From positions 1,550,001 through 1,614,000 of the forward strand of contig OZ025782.1 in assembly GCA_964019425.1 (NCBI GenBank): DNA of 64,000 bases, in the 5' to 3' direction. Made by a program: the position numbers and the translations under genes. Below are positions 11,121 to 21,659 of this stretch, piece by piece (the first letter of the stretch is position 1; each line of letters opens with the position of its first letter). Under the pieces are notes generated by a model that saw only the letters and a program-made list of their open reading frames with translations, was not told where the DNA came from and did not search any database. The stretch comes from Flectonema sp. DT1601 (taxonomy: Eukaryota).

Positions 11121-11738
11121 TTATAAACTTGTTGTCCATCTAAAGTTGTCATGTACGAGCCAATATTTTGGCGTTGCTCCCTGCTGAAGTTCCTTCCACC
11201 AAATAACAATGTGTGAGAACCCCCTGGTAATCTCAGAATCATACAAACACTGACCATGAATAGATACTAAGAAATGGTTTACATCACTGAGAGGCTGAAC
11301 GTCTAATTGGTTAATTGTGTGTTTGGTTCTTACTTGTTTGAGAGCCTCAAATAGATTATCCATATTGTCTCTTTTTATCTGATGACCGTTCCAACAGATG
11401 TCAGCGTCGGCACTATATATCTTGTATAGTCTACTGTGTTGTTTACCATCTTGACCTACGGCTGCATCTACACGAGCGTCATTAATCCCACAATCCCATG
11501 CAGCATAGTAGTGCTTTTCCATTAGTGCTCGAGCTTGTTTACTGATTTCACCAATAGCCTGGGTTTTGTTATTTTGTTTTTGTTTTGTTTTGTCACACAA
11601 AAAACCAGGTTCGTTATGCCGACACAATTTTCTTTCTACAGAACAATTGGGTTTGTAGGTACAAAAAAAAAAAAAAAAAGGAATGAAAAAAAAACATACC
11701 TTGCTATCTATTTTTACAGGCTGAGAGATGTCCGCCAT
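11121..11738 (-). CDS. NTF2-like nuclear export factor (NXT1/p15-like); exons 11700-11738 and 11121-11558, ~158 aa spliced
   Basis: NTF2-fold motifs (YY..WD, LYKIY..DADICWNG, TKHTINQLDVQP, LVSIHG, KYWLVHDNFRW); AAG|GTATGT donor at 11699 and CAG acceptor at 11559 remove a 141-nt low-complexity insert in frame. Confidence 0.8.
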   Translation of the reverse strand: MADISQPVKIDSKVCFFFIPFFFFFCTYKPNCSVERKLCRHNEPGFLCDKTKQKQNNKTQAIGEISKQARALMEKHYYAAWDCGINDARVDAAVGQDGKQHSRLYKIYSADADICWNGHQIKRDNMDNLFEALKQVRTKHTINQLDVQPLSDVNHFLVSIHGQCLYDSEITRGFSHIVIWWKELQQGATPKYWLVHDNFRWTTSL

Positions 11739-12174
11739 TTTTTAAATATTTTCTCTTCTTATGCTGCAACTGATTTGAGGGGAGTGAAATTTTGACCATG
11801 TAAAAACAGTAACAACATTCTAGGTATCAAAACAAATTCAATATCAAAGCACACATGTTACTACTACTACTACTACTGAGCATATTTACAACAACATAAA
11901 TATAAATATAAATATCGTATAAACGTTGATATCAATAACTTATTCGTTACTCATCTCCTTTTTTTTTATTATTGTTGTCGTTCATGTTGTATCTGATTGA
12001 GAGTAGGATAGCATTTATAAAAATAAAAAACAATAATCCCTGTACTCGACAACATGCAATGCACGTCTTAAAGACTCTGAAGCAAACGAATGTGTTTTGC
12101 TCCGAATAAAAAAAAAAAAAAAACCATTCAGGTAAAAAACCTTATATATTTCGTTGATCGCAGGAAATCAGTTA

Positions 12175-12443
12175 CTGCAACTGGAAATATTACTGCGCGG
12201 AAAAAACCGCACTAATTTCCAAATCTGCAAAAAACCGCACTAATTTTTCCACGCAGTAATATTTCCACTGCACTAATATTTCTGCTCAGAATCGACTTTT
12301 TTCCAGCTGCATTTTTCTGCTGGTGCCTTATACAGTAAAAAAACAACCAAATTTTTTTCTACCACCAAGTGGAAAAAACTGCACTAATTTTTTCTCAAAA
12401 AAACCGCACTAATTTTTCCGCGCAGTAATATTTCCAGTTGCAG
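12175..12443. mobile_element. MITE family 1 (Tc1/mariner-type, TA TSD), internally shortened copy
   Basis: TIR CTGCAACTGGAAATATTACTGCGC, TA on both sides; reverse-orientation copy of 29000-29301 and 42119-42420. Confidence 0.92.
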
Positions 12444-13592
12444 TAATAAATAAAACGGAGCTCTTAATCCGAAAATAGTTTCTTTTCTCCGACTTCTTCG
12501 GTACAAAAAAAAAAAAAAAAAAAAAAACTATTTCCGTCGATAAAATTGCGACTCTGGTCACGATAATACTGGTTACGATAATAGGAACAGAAAACAGAAA
12601 TGAGATTTTGCTTCCTGTGATTTGAGTTTTTTTTTTTTTTTTTTTTTTCCCCAAGTGATTGTAAAACCACATAATATCAATGTATTTAGGGAAATTGAGT
12701 ACTTTTATGTTAGCCATCTCAAAAAGGGGTCTAATAAGGCCATGCAAAAAAGGAACTAAATCTTAATTAAATCATTTTGAACACGTTAATCACGCATCGC
12801 TTCCGACAGTGATTGGTGATTTTTATTTCTCTATTTTTTTTTTTTACTTATTTTTTTTTTTTTTCCTTTCATCTTTTCCTACCCAATCGAAACGTCAGAG
12901 GTTATCTGTGGTAGCCACCACAGAGCTTAACTAAGGAATCAAAAAAAAAAAGTTTTTTTTTTTTTTTGAGCTCGTCCATCAGTTTGAATTCAAAGGGAGA
13001 ATAAGTATCAACAACCCCAATTAAGAAAAAGAAAACGATAAAAGGAAAATAAATGATACTGAAAAATCGCAAAAAAAAAAAAAAAAATAATATAGTAAAT
13101 CATAACATCGAGATCGTTATAACTGTTGGAAAGTAAAAAATCGCAGTTGACACGAAACCTTATTTTATTGTTAACGAAAGTACTCTCAGTGGCACATCAA
13201 TTCAGGTTAAAGAGCATAAGAAGTGTAAAAAAAAAAAGAAAAAAAGTGCCTCATTAATTCTTATTTTCATAGAGTACAAAGGGCGCAGTAATTCACAACT
13301 TTGCCTCTTTTTATTTTTTGAGGGTGACTAGGATTATAAATCAAGGTTAACTCGCAACAACATTGGACATAAATAATACACACAAAATCGCATGCTTCAA
13401 ATAAACTAAAGAAGTCAAGTTTTGAGGGGGGGACATGGGATACGAGGAAGAAAAATAACCGAAATAGATTAAAGGGAAAAAATAAAATAAAATACATTAA
13501 CCTCCCCCCCCCCTCAAACAAGTGCCAGTAATAGAACGGAGTCACTACAATTACAGTAACAAATTATCATGTTGAGATGATAGCCAGTCACC

Positions 13593-14099
13593 TTAATCGA
13601 CAGTCTCATGCAGCAGTTGTACAAAACTCGCAAAGTCAGTTTGATCTAAAACGATCCTCAGATAATCAGAGACATTGTCTTCTCGATTAAGACATTCAGA
13701 ACACATTGTTTCTAATTCCTGTTGTGTTATTCCCTCTGAGTGACAGTGACCAACTAAAGCCTTGTTAAAGGCGTCAAGAAATAATTTATAAATAGACATA
13801 ATCTGAAGCGGCTTATCTTCTGATACGAGAGCTGCGGATACCAATTCACGAGTAACTCCTTCAGAACTCGCCCATTGCTTTAATTTTGCTTTCCATTTAT
13901 CACACAAACAAAGAGCAATTAATTTCTCAACAGAACCCGGCTTAGGAGGTGGCGGAACCATCCCAGGTGGCAGTGGTACTTCCTTACATTTATCTAATGA
14001 TGCTTTTAACTGTGCTACTTGTTTCTCCTCTTCGCTTAGATTTTCTTGAGCTGCCAGTCGAACAGGACCCTGTGGAGGATGCCATTGCCTCCCAGACAT
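13593..14099 (-). CDS. BART (ARL2-binding) domain protein, CFAP36/ARL2BP-like
   Basis: IYKLFLDAFNKAL...GITQQELETMC...YLRIVLDQTDFASFVQL matches the BART pattern by eye; T-tract plus CAG just upstream of the ATG. Confidence 0.7.
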   Translation of the reverse strand: MSGRQWHPPQGPVRLAAQENLSEEEKQVAQLKASLDKCKEVPLPPGMVPPPPKPGSVEKLIALCLCDKWKAKLKQWASSEGVTRELVSAALVSEDKPLQIMSIYKLFLDAFNKALVGHCHSEGITQQELETMCSECLNREDNVSDYLRIVLDQTDFASFVQLLHETVD

Positions 14100-14711
14100 T
14101 TTACCTCTGAAAAAATAAAACTAATAACATAACTACCACACTTATTACTACACAGCATCGAAGAGGCTCAGGTTCATTTCAATACAAAAAAAGTATAAAA
14201 AGGAGTTTACGTAAACTAAACCTGTTTCTGAAGGGTGGGAAAACAACAGTAATTCACCATCAAATACTTAAACCCACACATCTCTAAAAACATACAGATC
14301 AACAAACAAACATAAATATAGCAGTACAGACGAGGGACCTAAGAGTGAATACAAGGAGTGTTCAAAAACCTACAACTCAAGTTGAACACGAGGATAATAA
14401 GCGTAAGGTCAGGAGTACCCCCCGATAAATGATAACAAAATATTATTTGACTTCGTGTATTTCATACCATTTGTCCAACAAGTTAGTATCATTAATTATA
14501 GTATAGAAGTGAGAATAAGAAATAGAGATTAGTAAAAGAAAAGTATTCATTTCCGCAGTTTCCTAACATCTAGCAATAATATGTAGATGCAGGACTTAAT
14601 CTTATATTACTTGTCCCTTTTTAGGCCTTCATCAGTAAGTTCTGAGGGACTTCATTCTATGCTGAAGCTGCTATCGCTCTAAGACAAAAATCCATCGGAG
14701 CTCGCCTTGTC

Positions 14712-17147
14712 CTACAAGTTAGCAAGTTTTACAACTGCTTCCGCTCGAATCTCTTCGTCTGAACTTGTTGCTGGCGGTAAAGTGCCGACGTGTTTGTACC
14801 ATTTGGCAGCAAGAGACTTATCTTTCAATTTCATGTAAGTGTTGCCCATCAATAGGCATGCAAGGTGCGACCGCGGATAAATAGAGAGAGACCGCTGAAG
14901 GTACAACTGAGCTTCCTGAAAAGTACCCTTGGCCTTGTTACGCCACGTCGAGTTCGCTGATGTGAAATGCCAGGCTCCTAAATGGTACCAGGTGGCAGCG
15001 TCGGCAGGATCTAACTCGGAGGCTTTGGACAAGTAATGTCGAACCGAAATGTGTTTATTAAAATTATCATCTGCACCTGTTTCCTGTAAGTTGCTTAACC
15101 TAGACTGAAGTATACCACACCACTTATAACCTCCCGCTACTGATGGGTGCTTAACAGTGCAATCTTCAGCAGCCTTTAACCCTTCTTCAAACATTGGCTT
15201 TGGATTCTTGCATTCTGGATCTGCTCCCAAATCATGGCAACACCGTGCAAGCCACCACGACACCTCTGCATTGTGCGGATGTGCCCTAATTAAACCCACA
15301 AGGTGTGAATGCAGCCCTTTTTGATTATTTAGTTCATAAAGCTGTGCTGCCAAGTTTAATATAGGATCGTGAGTATTTACAACTTCAGGAACAGGGGATT
15401 GAACTGAACCTTTTACAAAAACAAACGAGATGCTGACGTCACACAAGTGAACTTTGTCTGTACCGTGTAACTCAATCCAGACCTTGCTATCTGTATCAGA
15501 AAGGCGATAAGATCCCTTTGCTACCAGACTAGGGACAGGTATGATATTCCAAAGCTCTACAGAAACCGGTCCCGATACGGGAGGAAAGTTATATGTACTC
15601 ATCCACTTTCCATTTTGTGATATTGGTGTTTTAAATTTGTGCGCTCCTACAAAAACCTTAATTAAGAGGTCTGGAACATTGGCGGAAAAGCCACGAAGCT
15701 CATCAACGTGAACGCGCAAGGAAGTAACTTCATTTGACTGCCGGGTGTGCTTTGACTCAAGCATAAATGGTTCCATCTTCTTATCTGGAAGATCCCCAAA
15801 TTTCAGAGGTGATAACAGTGTTGGAGGAGTGTCAACTCCATACTTTCGCCGTTCTGCTTCCCTTGTTCTCGAAAAGTTCCTCCATTCTTCGTATGTGCGC
15901 TCTTCAGCAGGGATCGAACTGAGATGCGTTGGCTTAGGCAACAAACTAGACACATAGCGCTGCACCGTAACCCACACCGTGTTCATTTTACTAACAAATA
16001 CATCGGCAATTGCTTTAGGACCATACCTTGCTCGTATTTTAGGGAACGAGTAATAGATCGGAAATAGTATATACATATACACAAATCCCAGAAATACGCC
16101 GTATCGCCATAAGTGCAGTGGGATTCCAAAAATATATAATACGATTGTCAAGACGACGAGTATTTGAAAAACAATCGCTGATATATCAGGTCGTTGCCAT
16201 GTAATAACTCGCTCAAGACTTTCGAGATAGGAGGCAAATGTCGAGCACCATACATAGGCCAGTTTTAATGAGTTTTTTTGAAGACTTGGGGAGAGAATCA
16301 GTTTCCTTGAATTTTTAACCAAATTCTGAAGTATCGGCATCGTTCTTCTGAGTCTCGCAGCAGGAACAGTTATACCTGGATCATCACTCTGCGGTACAGT
16401 TATATCCTTAGATTCTAACCAGAACGCTCCATGATGCTGTTTTTGCATGCGTGCCCAATACATAAACAATGCTCCAGTCGCTGGAAACATTGCATCTAAA
16501 CCATAGCTTGTATGAAAGGCTAATACGTAAATGAGTAGTAGTTGTCCGGCGCAAGCAAAGGGCTTCTTCCACATGAAGTTGTCTAGCATTAAAAAGAAAC
16601 ATGCTGCGATATGATAACAAAACGTCAATAGTTTAACACCCGAGTCGACAACTTCATGTAAGCTTGGATCTGGTTCTTGTTCGTCTTTGTAGTCACCGAC
16701 GGAAAACATTTGACCTAATTCTGACCTATTGTTGTACATCCACTTTATGTGAATTCTACCGTAGTTAGCAACTCTTCTTAGTTTATGTTTTCGATCACTA
16801 GCCATGCATTTTAATTCTACCCAACCTTCGAATTCATTTCCATGTTCACCACCAACCAAAAAACTACATTCACCTATCGCATCATCGGCCGATGTTAAGT
16901 CTTTGTCAACAATAATAAGACGCACTTCATCACTCTCTTTATATGTGTCCATAATAAAAGTTTCTCCCCATTTTGGCTTTTTTGTTCTAAGAATCGCCTT
17001 CGTTCTCGCCTTAAGCTGCATATCTCCATCCTTACCCAGTAACACTACACAGTACGGATCTTCCCTTGTAGATAACTCTGCTTCTTTTATTTCAATGCAA
17101 AATTCTCCCTTTTTGCCAGTATAAACAGGTGGAGGTGGGGATGACAT
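14712..17147 (-). CDS. C2 domain - MCTP-like transmembrane region - C2 domain - RMDN-type TPR protein (811 aa)
   Basis: C2 motifs (DPYCVV, RTK..PKWGETF, VDKDLTSADDAIG); two hydrophobic hairpins (W.KP..C, TWQRPDIS); a second C2-like stretch; C-terminal WWLARC..GYKWCGI..ASELDPADAATWYHLGAW resembling RMDN1-3. Confidence 0.8.
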   Translation of the reverse strand: MSSPPPPVYTGKKGEFCIEIKEAELSTREDPYCVVLLGKDGDMQLKARTKAILRTKKPKWGETFIMDTYKESDEVRLIIVDKDLTSADDAIGECSFLVGGEHGNEFEGWVELKCMASDRKHKLRRVANYGRIHIKWMYNNRSELGQMFSVGDYKDEQEPDPSLHEVVDSGVKLLTFCYHIAACFFLMLDNFMWKKPFACAGQLLLIYVLAFHTSYGLDAMFPATGALFMYWARMQKQHHGAFWLESKDITVPQSDDPGITVPAARLRRTMPILQNLVKNSRKLILSPSLQKNSLKLAYVWCSTFASYLESLERVITWQRPDISAIVFQILVVLTIVLYIFGIPLHLWRYGVFLGFVYMYILFPIYYSFPKIRARYGPKAIADVFVSKMNTVWVTVQRYVSSLLPKPTHLSSIPAEERTYEEWRNFSRTREAERRKYGVDTPPTLLSPLKFGDLPDKKMEPFMLESKHTRQSNEVTSLRVHVDELRGFSANVPDLLIKVFVGAHKFKTPISQNGKWMSTYNFPPVSGPVSVELWNIIPVPSLVAKGSYRLSDTDSKVWIELHGTDKVHLCDVSISFVFVKGSVQSPVPEVVNTHDPILNLAAQLYELNNQKGLHSHLVGLIRAHPHNAEVSWWLARCCHDLGADPECKNPKPMFEEGLKAAEDCTVKHPSVAGGYKWCGILQSRLSNLQETGADDNFNKHISVRHYLSKASELDPADAATWYHLGAWHFTSANSTWRNKAKGTFQEAQLYLQRSLSIYPRSHLACLLMGNTYMKLKDKSLAAKWYKHVGTLPPATSSDEEIRAEAVVKLANL

Positions 17148-17688
17148 TTTTTTTGAATGCCTGTAGGAATTGTTGCAGAAAAATTAACAAATCAACAGCA
17201 GCATGAAGTTCAAGTTGTAAACAGTGAAAGTGGGAGAACTTAACATTCTTGTTTGAGCACCCTCTTCTATTCATCCATCATTTAAAGAAATGCTGTAATT
17301 AAATATAAAGTAACTTGAAACTGGCTAAAACTAAATTAATGATCAGCTAAACCTGGTTGCCATGTAAAAGACCAACAGTTGCTTCCACATTATTTGAACA
17401 AATAGCCTGTACTACTACAAAAAATAGTAATCATAAGAGCCGTGCAACAAGCCAAACAAACGGGCAAACAAATATTGATCCTCAAGAAGAAACACCCCAA
17501 CGCTAGTAGTCCATATTGGGATAGATTAGATGGATGCTGAATGATCGGTGTCTGCTGCATTGTGGAATGGAGGACCGAAGCCAATGAGGCGATCGGCAGG
17601 GTGGAGGTGTTCACGATTTTTCACTTTGCTACACGAAAATTCACGATTTTTCACTTAATTTTTTGCTGCTTTCTGGTAGTGAAATCCT

Positions 17689-17782
17689 GTGAAAATGTGT
17701 GAAAATGTGTGAAAATGTGTGAAAATGTGTGAAAATGTGTGAAAATGTGTGAAAATGTGTGAAAATGTGTGAAAATGTGTGA
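17689..17782 (+). repeat. (GAAAATGTGT)n subterminal 10-bp minisatellite of the hAT-like element
   Basis: ~9 perfect units; only ~4 units in the inner copy at ~19533-19576. Confidence 0.95.
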
Positions 17783-18027
17783 ATTCTAGTGAATTCTAGT
17801 GAAAAAAGTGAGTGATATCCAGATGGTACCGTTGGTGCTGGTGTGCTGTGCGATGTCAAACCTGTTCAGTTTGCCATACATGTCTCTTTGACAACTAAAT
17901 GGGCATCGCTTGTGCCCAGTGACCCATCACCCTTCCTGACCATCGCTTGTGGTGAGGTTCCGGACTTTGGACCGGCGCATCGCGTGTGCGGTGGGTTTAA
18001 TCACTGAGGGGGCTCATTCTCGTTCAG

Positions 18028-18132
18028 ACTGTTCTGTTCTGTTCTGTTCTGTTCTGTTCTGTTCTGTTCTGTTCTGTTCTGTTCTGTTCTGTTCTGTTCT
18101 GTTCTGTTCTGTTCTGTTCTGTTCTGTTCTGT
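18028..18132 (+). repeat. (CTGTT)n microsatellite
   Basis: ~20 perfect pentamers. Confidence 0.97.
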
Positions 18133-18209
18133 GGTGTCTTTCCATTACTCCTCCAGGAGACAGCCTGACAACCCATATTGATATTGCTTGAGAGACAATG
18201 AGAGGTAAT

Positions 18210-19428
18210 TCATTGGGGTAGAAACAAGTGAGTGTAATCATTGTGTCGTGGCTTTTCGACAGAACTGTGTGTTTTCATCATAGTATAAACGAAACAACCA
18301 TCAGGGGTGAACTCCTCAGACAATGTGAATGCTGGTTCTGTAAGCCAGATATCGCGAACAACCCGACCATGATCATTCAGCAAATATGAGATGTCAATTG
18401 TGGCTGCCTCTGACATGTCACGTGCAACCTCTGCCCAAAACTGGAGAAGTTGCCGCGGAGTGCGATGCTCCCGGGAGAATGAGATGAGACGTCTGAGCAC
18501 ACCATTCACAATACTATATTGTGCACACATGAACTCCATGATGTTGCCCATTTCCTCGTTACTGAGAGACATCAGGTAAGCGTATGCCCGCCTGCGACGA
18601 TGAGAGTACTTGATGAGGCGCTTGTTGCGCTGCAAGAATGTGAGAACCCACCTGAGGAATGGAATACCTCGAAGCGGGCATGATAACACATAGCATGCAA
18701 ATGCTAAGGTTCCGAAGCGCCCATTCGTAACCTTCTCTTTAAATGGGCACGCCCTAAAAGAGATGCGGTGCTTCTTGCGAAGCCAGTAAGCAAACGACCG
18801 ATTCCCACGTATGAAGAAGCACAGCGTTACTATTGAACGGAGGAAGTCACTGAGGCCAAAGTACTTCGCAATCCAGGAGGCAATGCAATGAACTCGGTGT
18901 GTAGGCTCCGGGATGAGGCAGATATTGCCATCTTCGTCAAATAATTTAAACCCCCTGTATTCTGATCCACCCCGATCACTGAGCGCAGAGGTAATCGTGC
19001 AAGTTGACAGAGGTGGTGGTGCCGGATCAGTGATTAAGATTCCGAGCTGCTGGAAGTGGTGCAGCGCACGTCGTAGTGTGTCACAGAATGATTGAGCTTG
19101 GTGGCTCTGTGTCAGTCTGCATGCAAGACTATAGCATGCAGTCGTAGCTGTAGCAGCAGTGATGTGTAGCGCTGACGAGTTTTCTGTCACAGATGTTGCG
19201 TCACTTACTAGGCAGAGTAAGGTACTCTCCCGGTTGCGAATGAGAAACACACAATCCTGCACATACAACCACCGGATCATCTCTCTTCGTGCAGCCCAAT
19301 AACTGACGGAGTCAAGACCATGAAGCTGGCGGGTAAACTGCGGAATGCGGCGCATGGCGATGTGCTGCAAGAGGATCGGGAGAACTGTACTTGGTGGCTT
19401 TGGGCGGAGATACAGGGTCCCAGCAACA
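18210..19428 (-). pseudogene. hAT-like DDE transposase, disrupted
   Basis: CLVSDATS (first D), LSDRGGSE (second D), PTHRVHCIA (CxxH-like region), NGRFGT (at the TRW position); 5' part cut off by the nested insertion. Confidence 0.6.
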
Positions 19429-21302
19429 TGAGGCGATCGGCAGGGTGGAGGTGTTCACGATTTTTCACTTTGCTACACGAAAATTCACGATTTTTCACTT
19501 AATTTTTTGCTGCTTTCTGGTAGTGAAATCCTGTGAAAATGTGTGAAAATGTATGAAAATGTGTGAAAATGTGTGAATTCTAGTGAAAAAAGTGAGTGAT
19601 ATCCAGATGGTACCGTTGGTGCTGTGCAATGTCAAACCTGTTCAGTTTGCCATACATGTCACTTTGACAACTAAATGGGCATCGCTTGTGCCCAGTGACC
19701 CATCACCCTTCCTGACCATCGCTTGTGGTGAGGTTCCGGACTTTGGACCGGCGCATCGCGTGTGCGGTGGGTTTAATCACTGAGGGGGCTCATTCTCGTT
19801 CAGACTGTTCTGTTCTGTAACAACCCGACCATGATCATTCAGCAAATATGAGATGTCAATTGTGGCTGCCTCTGACATGTCACGTGCAACCTCTGCCCAA
19901 AACTGGAGAAGTTGCCGCGGAGTGCGATGCTCCCGGGAGAATGAGATGAGACGTCTGAGCACACCATTCACAATACTATATTGTGCACACATGAACTCCA
20001 TGATGTTGCCCATTTCCTCGTTACTGAGAGACATCAGGTAAGCGTATGCCCGCCTGCGACGATGAGAGTACTTGATGAGGCGCTTGTTGCGCTGCAAGAA
20101 TGTGAGAACCCACCTGAGGAATGGAATACCTCGAAGCGGGCATGATAACACATAGCATGCAAATGCTAAGGTTCCGAAGCGCCCATTCGTAACCTTCTCT
20201 TTAAATGGGCACGCCCTAAAAGAGATGCGGTGCTTCTTGCGAAGCCAGAAAGCAAACGACCGATTCCCACGTATGAAGAAGCACAGCGTTACTATTGAAC
20301 GGAGGAAGTCACTGAGGCCAAAGTACTTCGCAATCCAGGAGGCAATGCAATGAACTCGGTGTGTAGGCTCCGGGATGAGGCAGATATTACCATCTTCGTC
20401 AAATAATTTAAACCCTGTATTCTGATCCACCCCGATCACTGAGCGCAGAGGTAATCATGCAAGTTGACAGAGGTGGTGGTGCCGGATCAGTGATTAAGAT
20501 TCTGAGCTGCTGGAAGTGGTGCAGCGCACGTCGTAGTGTGTCACAGAATGATTGAGCTTGGTGGCTCTGTGTCAGTCTGCATGCAAGACTATAGCATGCA
20601 GTCGTAGCTGTAGCAGCAGTGATGTGTAGCGCTGACGAGTTTTCTGTCACAGATGTTGCGTCACTTACTAGGCAGAAGGTACTCTCCCGGTTGCGAATGA
20701 GAAACACACAATCCTGCACATACAACCACCGGATCATCTCTCTTCGTGCAGCCCAATAACTGACGGAGTCAAGACCATGAAGCTGGCGGTTAAACTGCGG
20801 AATGCGGCGCATGGCGATGTGCTGCAAGAGGATCGGGAGAACTGTACTTGGTGGCTGTGGGCGGTGATGCAGGGTCCCAGCAACAGTGTATTGCGATCCA
20901 CCGTCAACCTCACCAATCTTAATCTTAATCTTGATAGGATTAACAAGCACCACACATGCCTATCAACCCACCTGTGCTAGAATAGTTCAGCAACCACATG
21001 AAACTGTAACAAGAGCTGGATTAAAGAGAAGTAGTATTAACAATAAACTGTAGAGAACGATAGGATTAACAAGCACCGATGACAACTACGAAGCAGTGCA
21101 GTTCAGGCCCCCCTGAGTAGTTTTTTTTACCAAACCACAAATCTCAATATCAAAATTCACGAAAATTCACGATTATTCACGAAAATTTACGATTTTTCAC
21201 CATGTTTTTGGCAGTGAATTTTCGTGAATTTTCGTGATAGGTAGTGACAACTCGTGAAGGATCGTGAAAATTCGTGAACCTCCACCCCTGCCGATCGCCT
21301 CA
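19429..21302 (-). mobile_element. hAT-like DNA transposon, inner copy with both TIRs and 5-bp TSD CAACA
   Basis: Termini TGAGGCGATCGGCAGGG...CCCTGCCGATCGCCTCA; CAACA on both flanks; the uninterrupted site is visible at 20872-20900. Confidence 0.9.
19819..20953 (-). pseudogene. hAT-like transposase, frameshifted (~20412) and 3'-deleted
   Basis: Near-identical to 18357-19428; aaaccctgt versus aaaccccctgt gives the frameshift; a deletion joins the CTGTT tract to the position equivalent to 18357. Confidence 0.65.
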
Positions 21303-21370
21303 CAACAGTGTATTGCGATACACCGTCAACTTCACCAATCTTCTCATCGCACCAGATCAGCATGCATTTC

Positions 21371-21600
21371 CTTCAGGTGTTAGTACTTTTTTTGTTCTTG
21401 CTTTTCAGGGAGGGCCTTAGCCAAAAGCTAACAGTCCATATCTCACCTGACAACTTACCCTTGTTTGCTACAACAGGAGAGGAAAAAAAAAAGAACGTAA
21501 AGGTTAATTACCTTGCTTATCTACGCACAACATTGGCAGTCTCTACAAGACCCCAAGCTATCCTGCTAGATCTCTGATAATGTTATAGAATGATGACTGC
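21371..21600. mobile_element. Fragment of repeat family X (structured end plus adjacent body)
   Basis: 21371-21450 resembles 43988-44070 (same strand); 21463-21555 resembles the reverse complement of 43853-43945. Confidence 0.75.
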
Positions 21601-21659
21601 TCCTTTTGTCAGTCATCATTCACACAAAGCCTTCAAACCCGGCAGCTACACACTCAAAG

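Larger units (their letters stand above)
17585..21341 (-). mobile_element. hAT-like DNA transposon, outer copy (interrupted by a copy of itself; other end lost)
   Basis: Begins with TIR TGAGGCGATCGGCAGGGTGGAGG; sequence resumes at 21303 and matches 20881-20920 before truncation. Confidence 0.8.
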
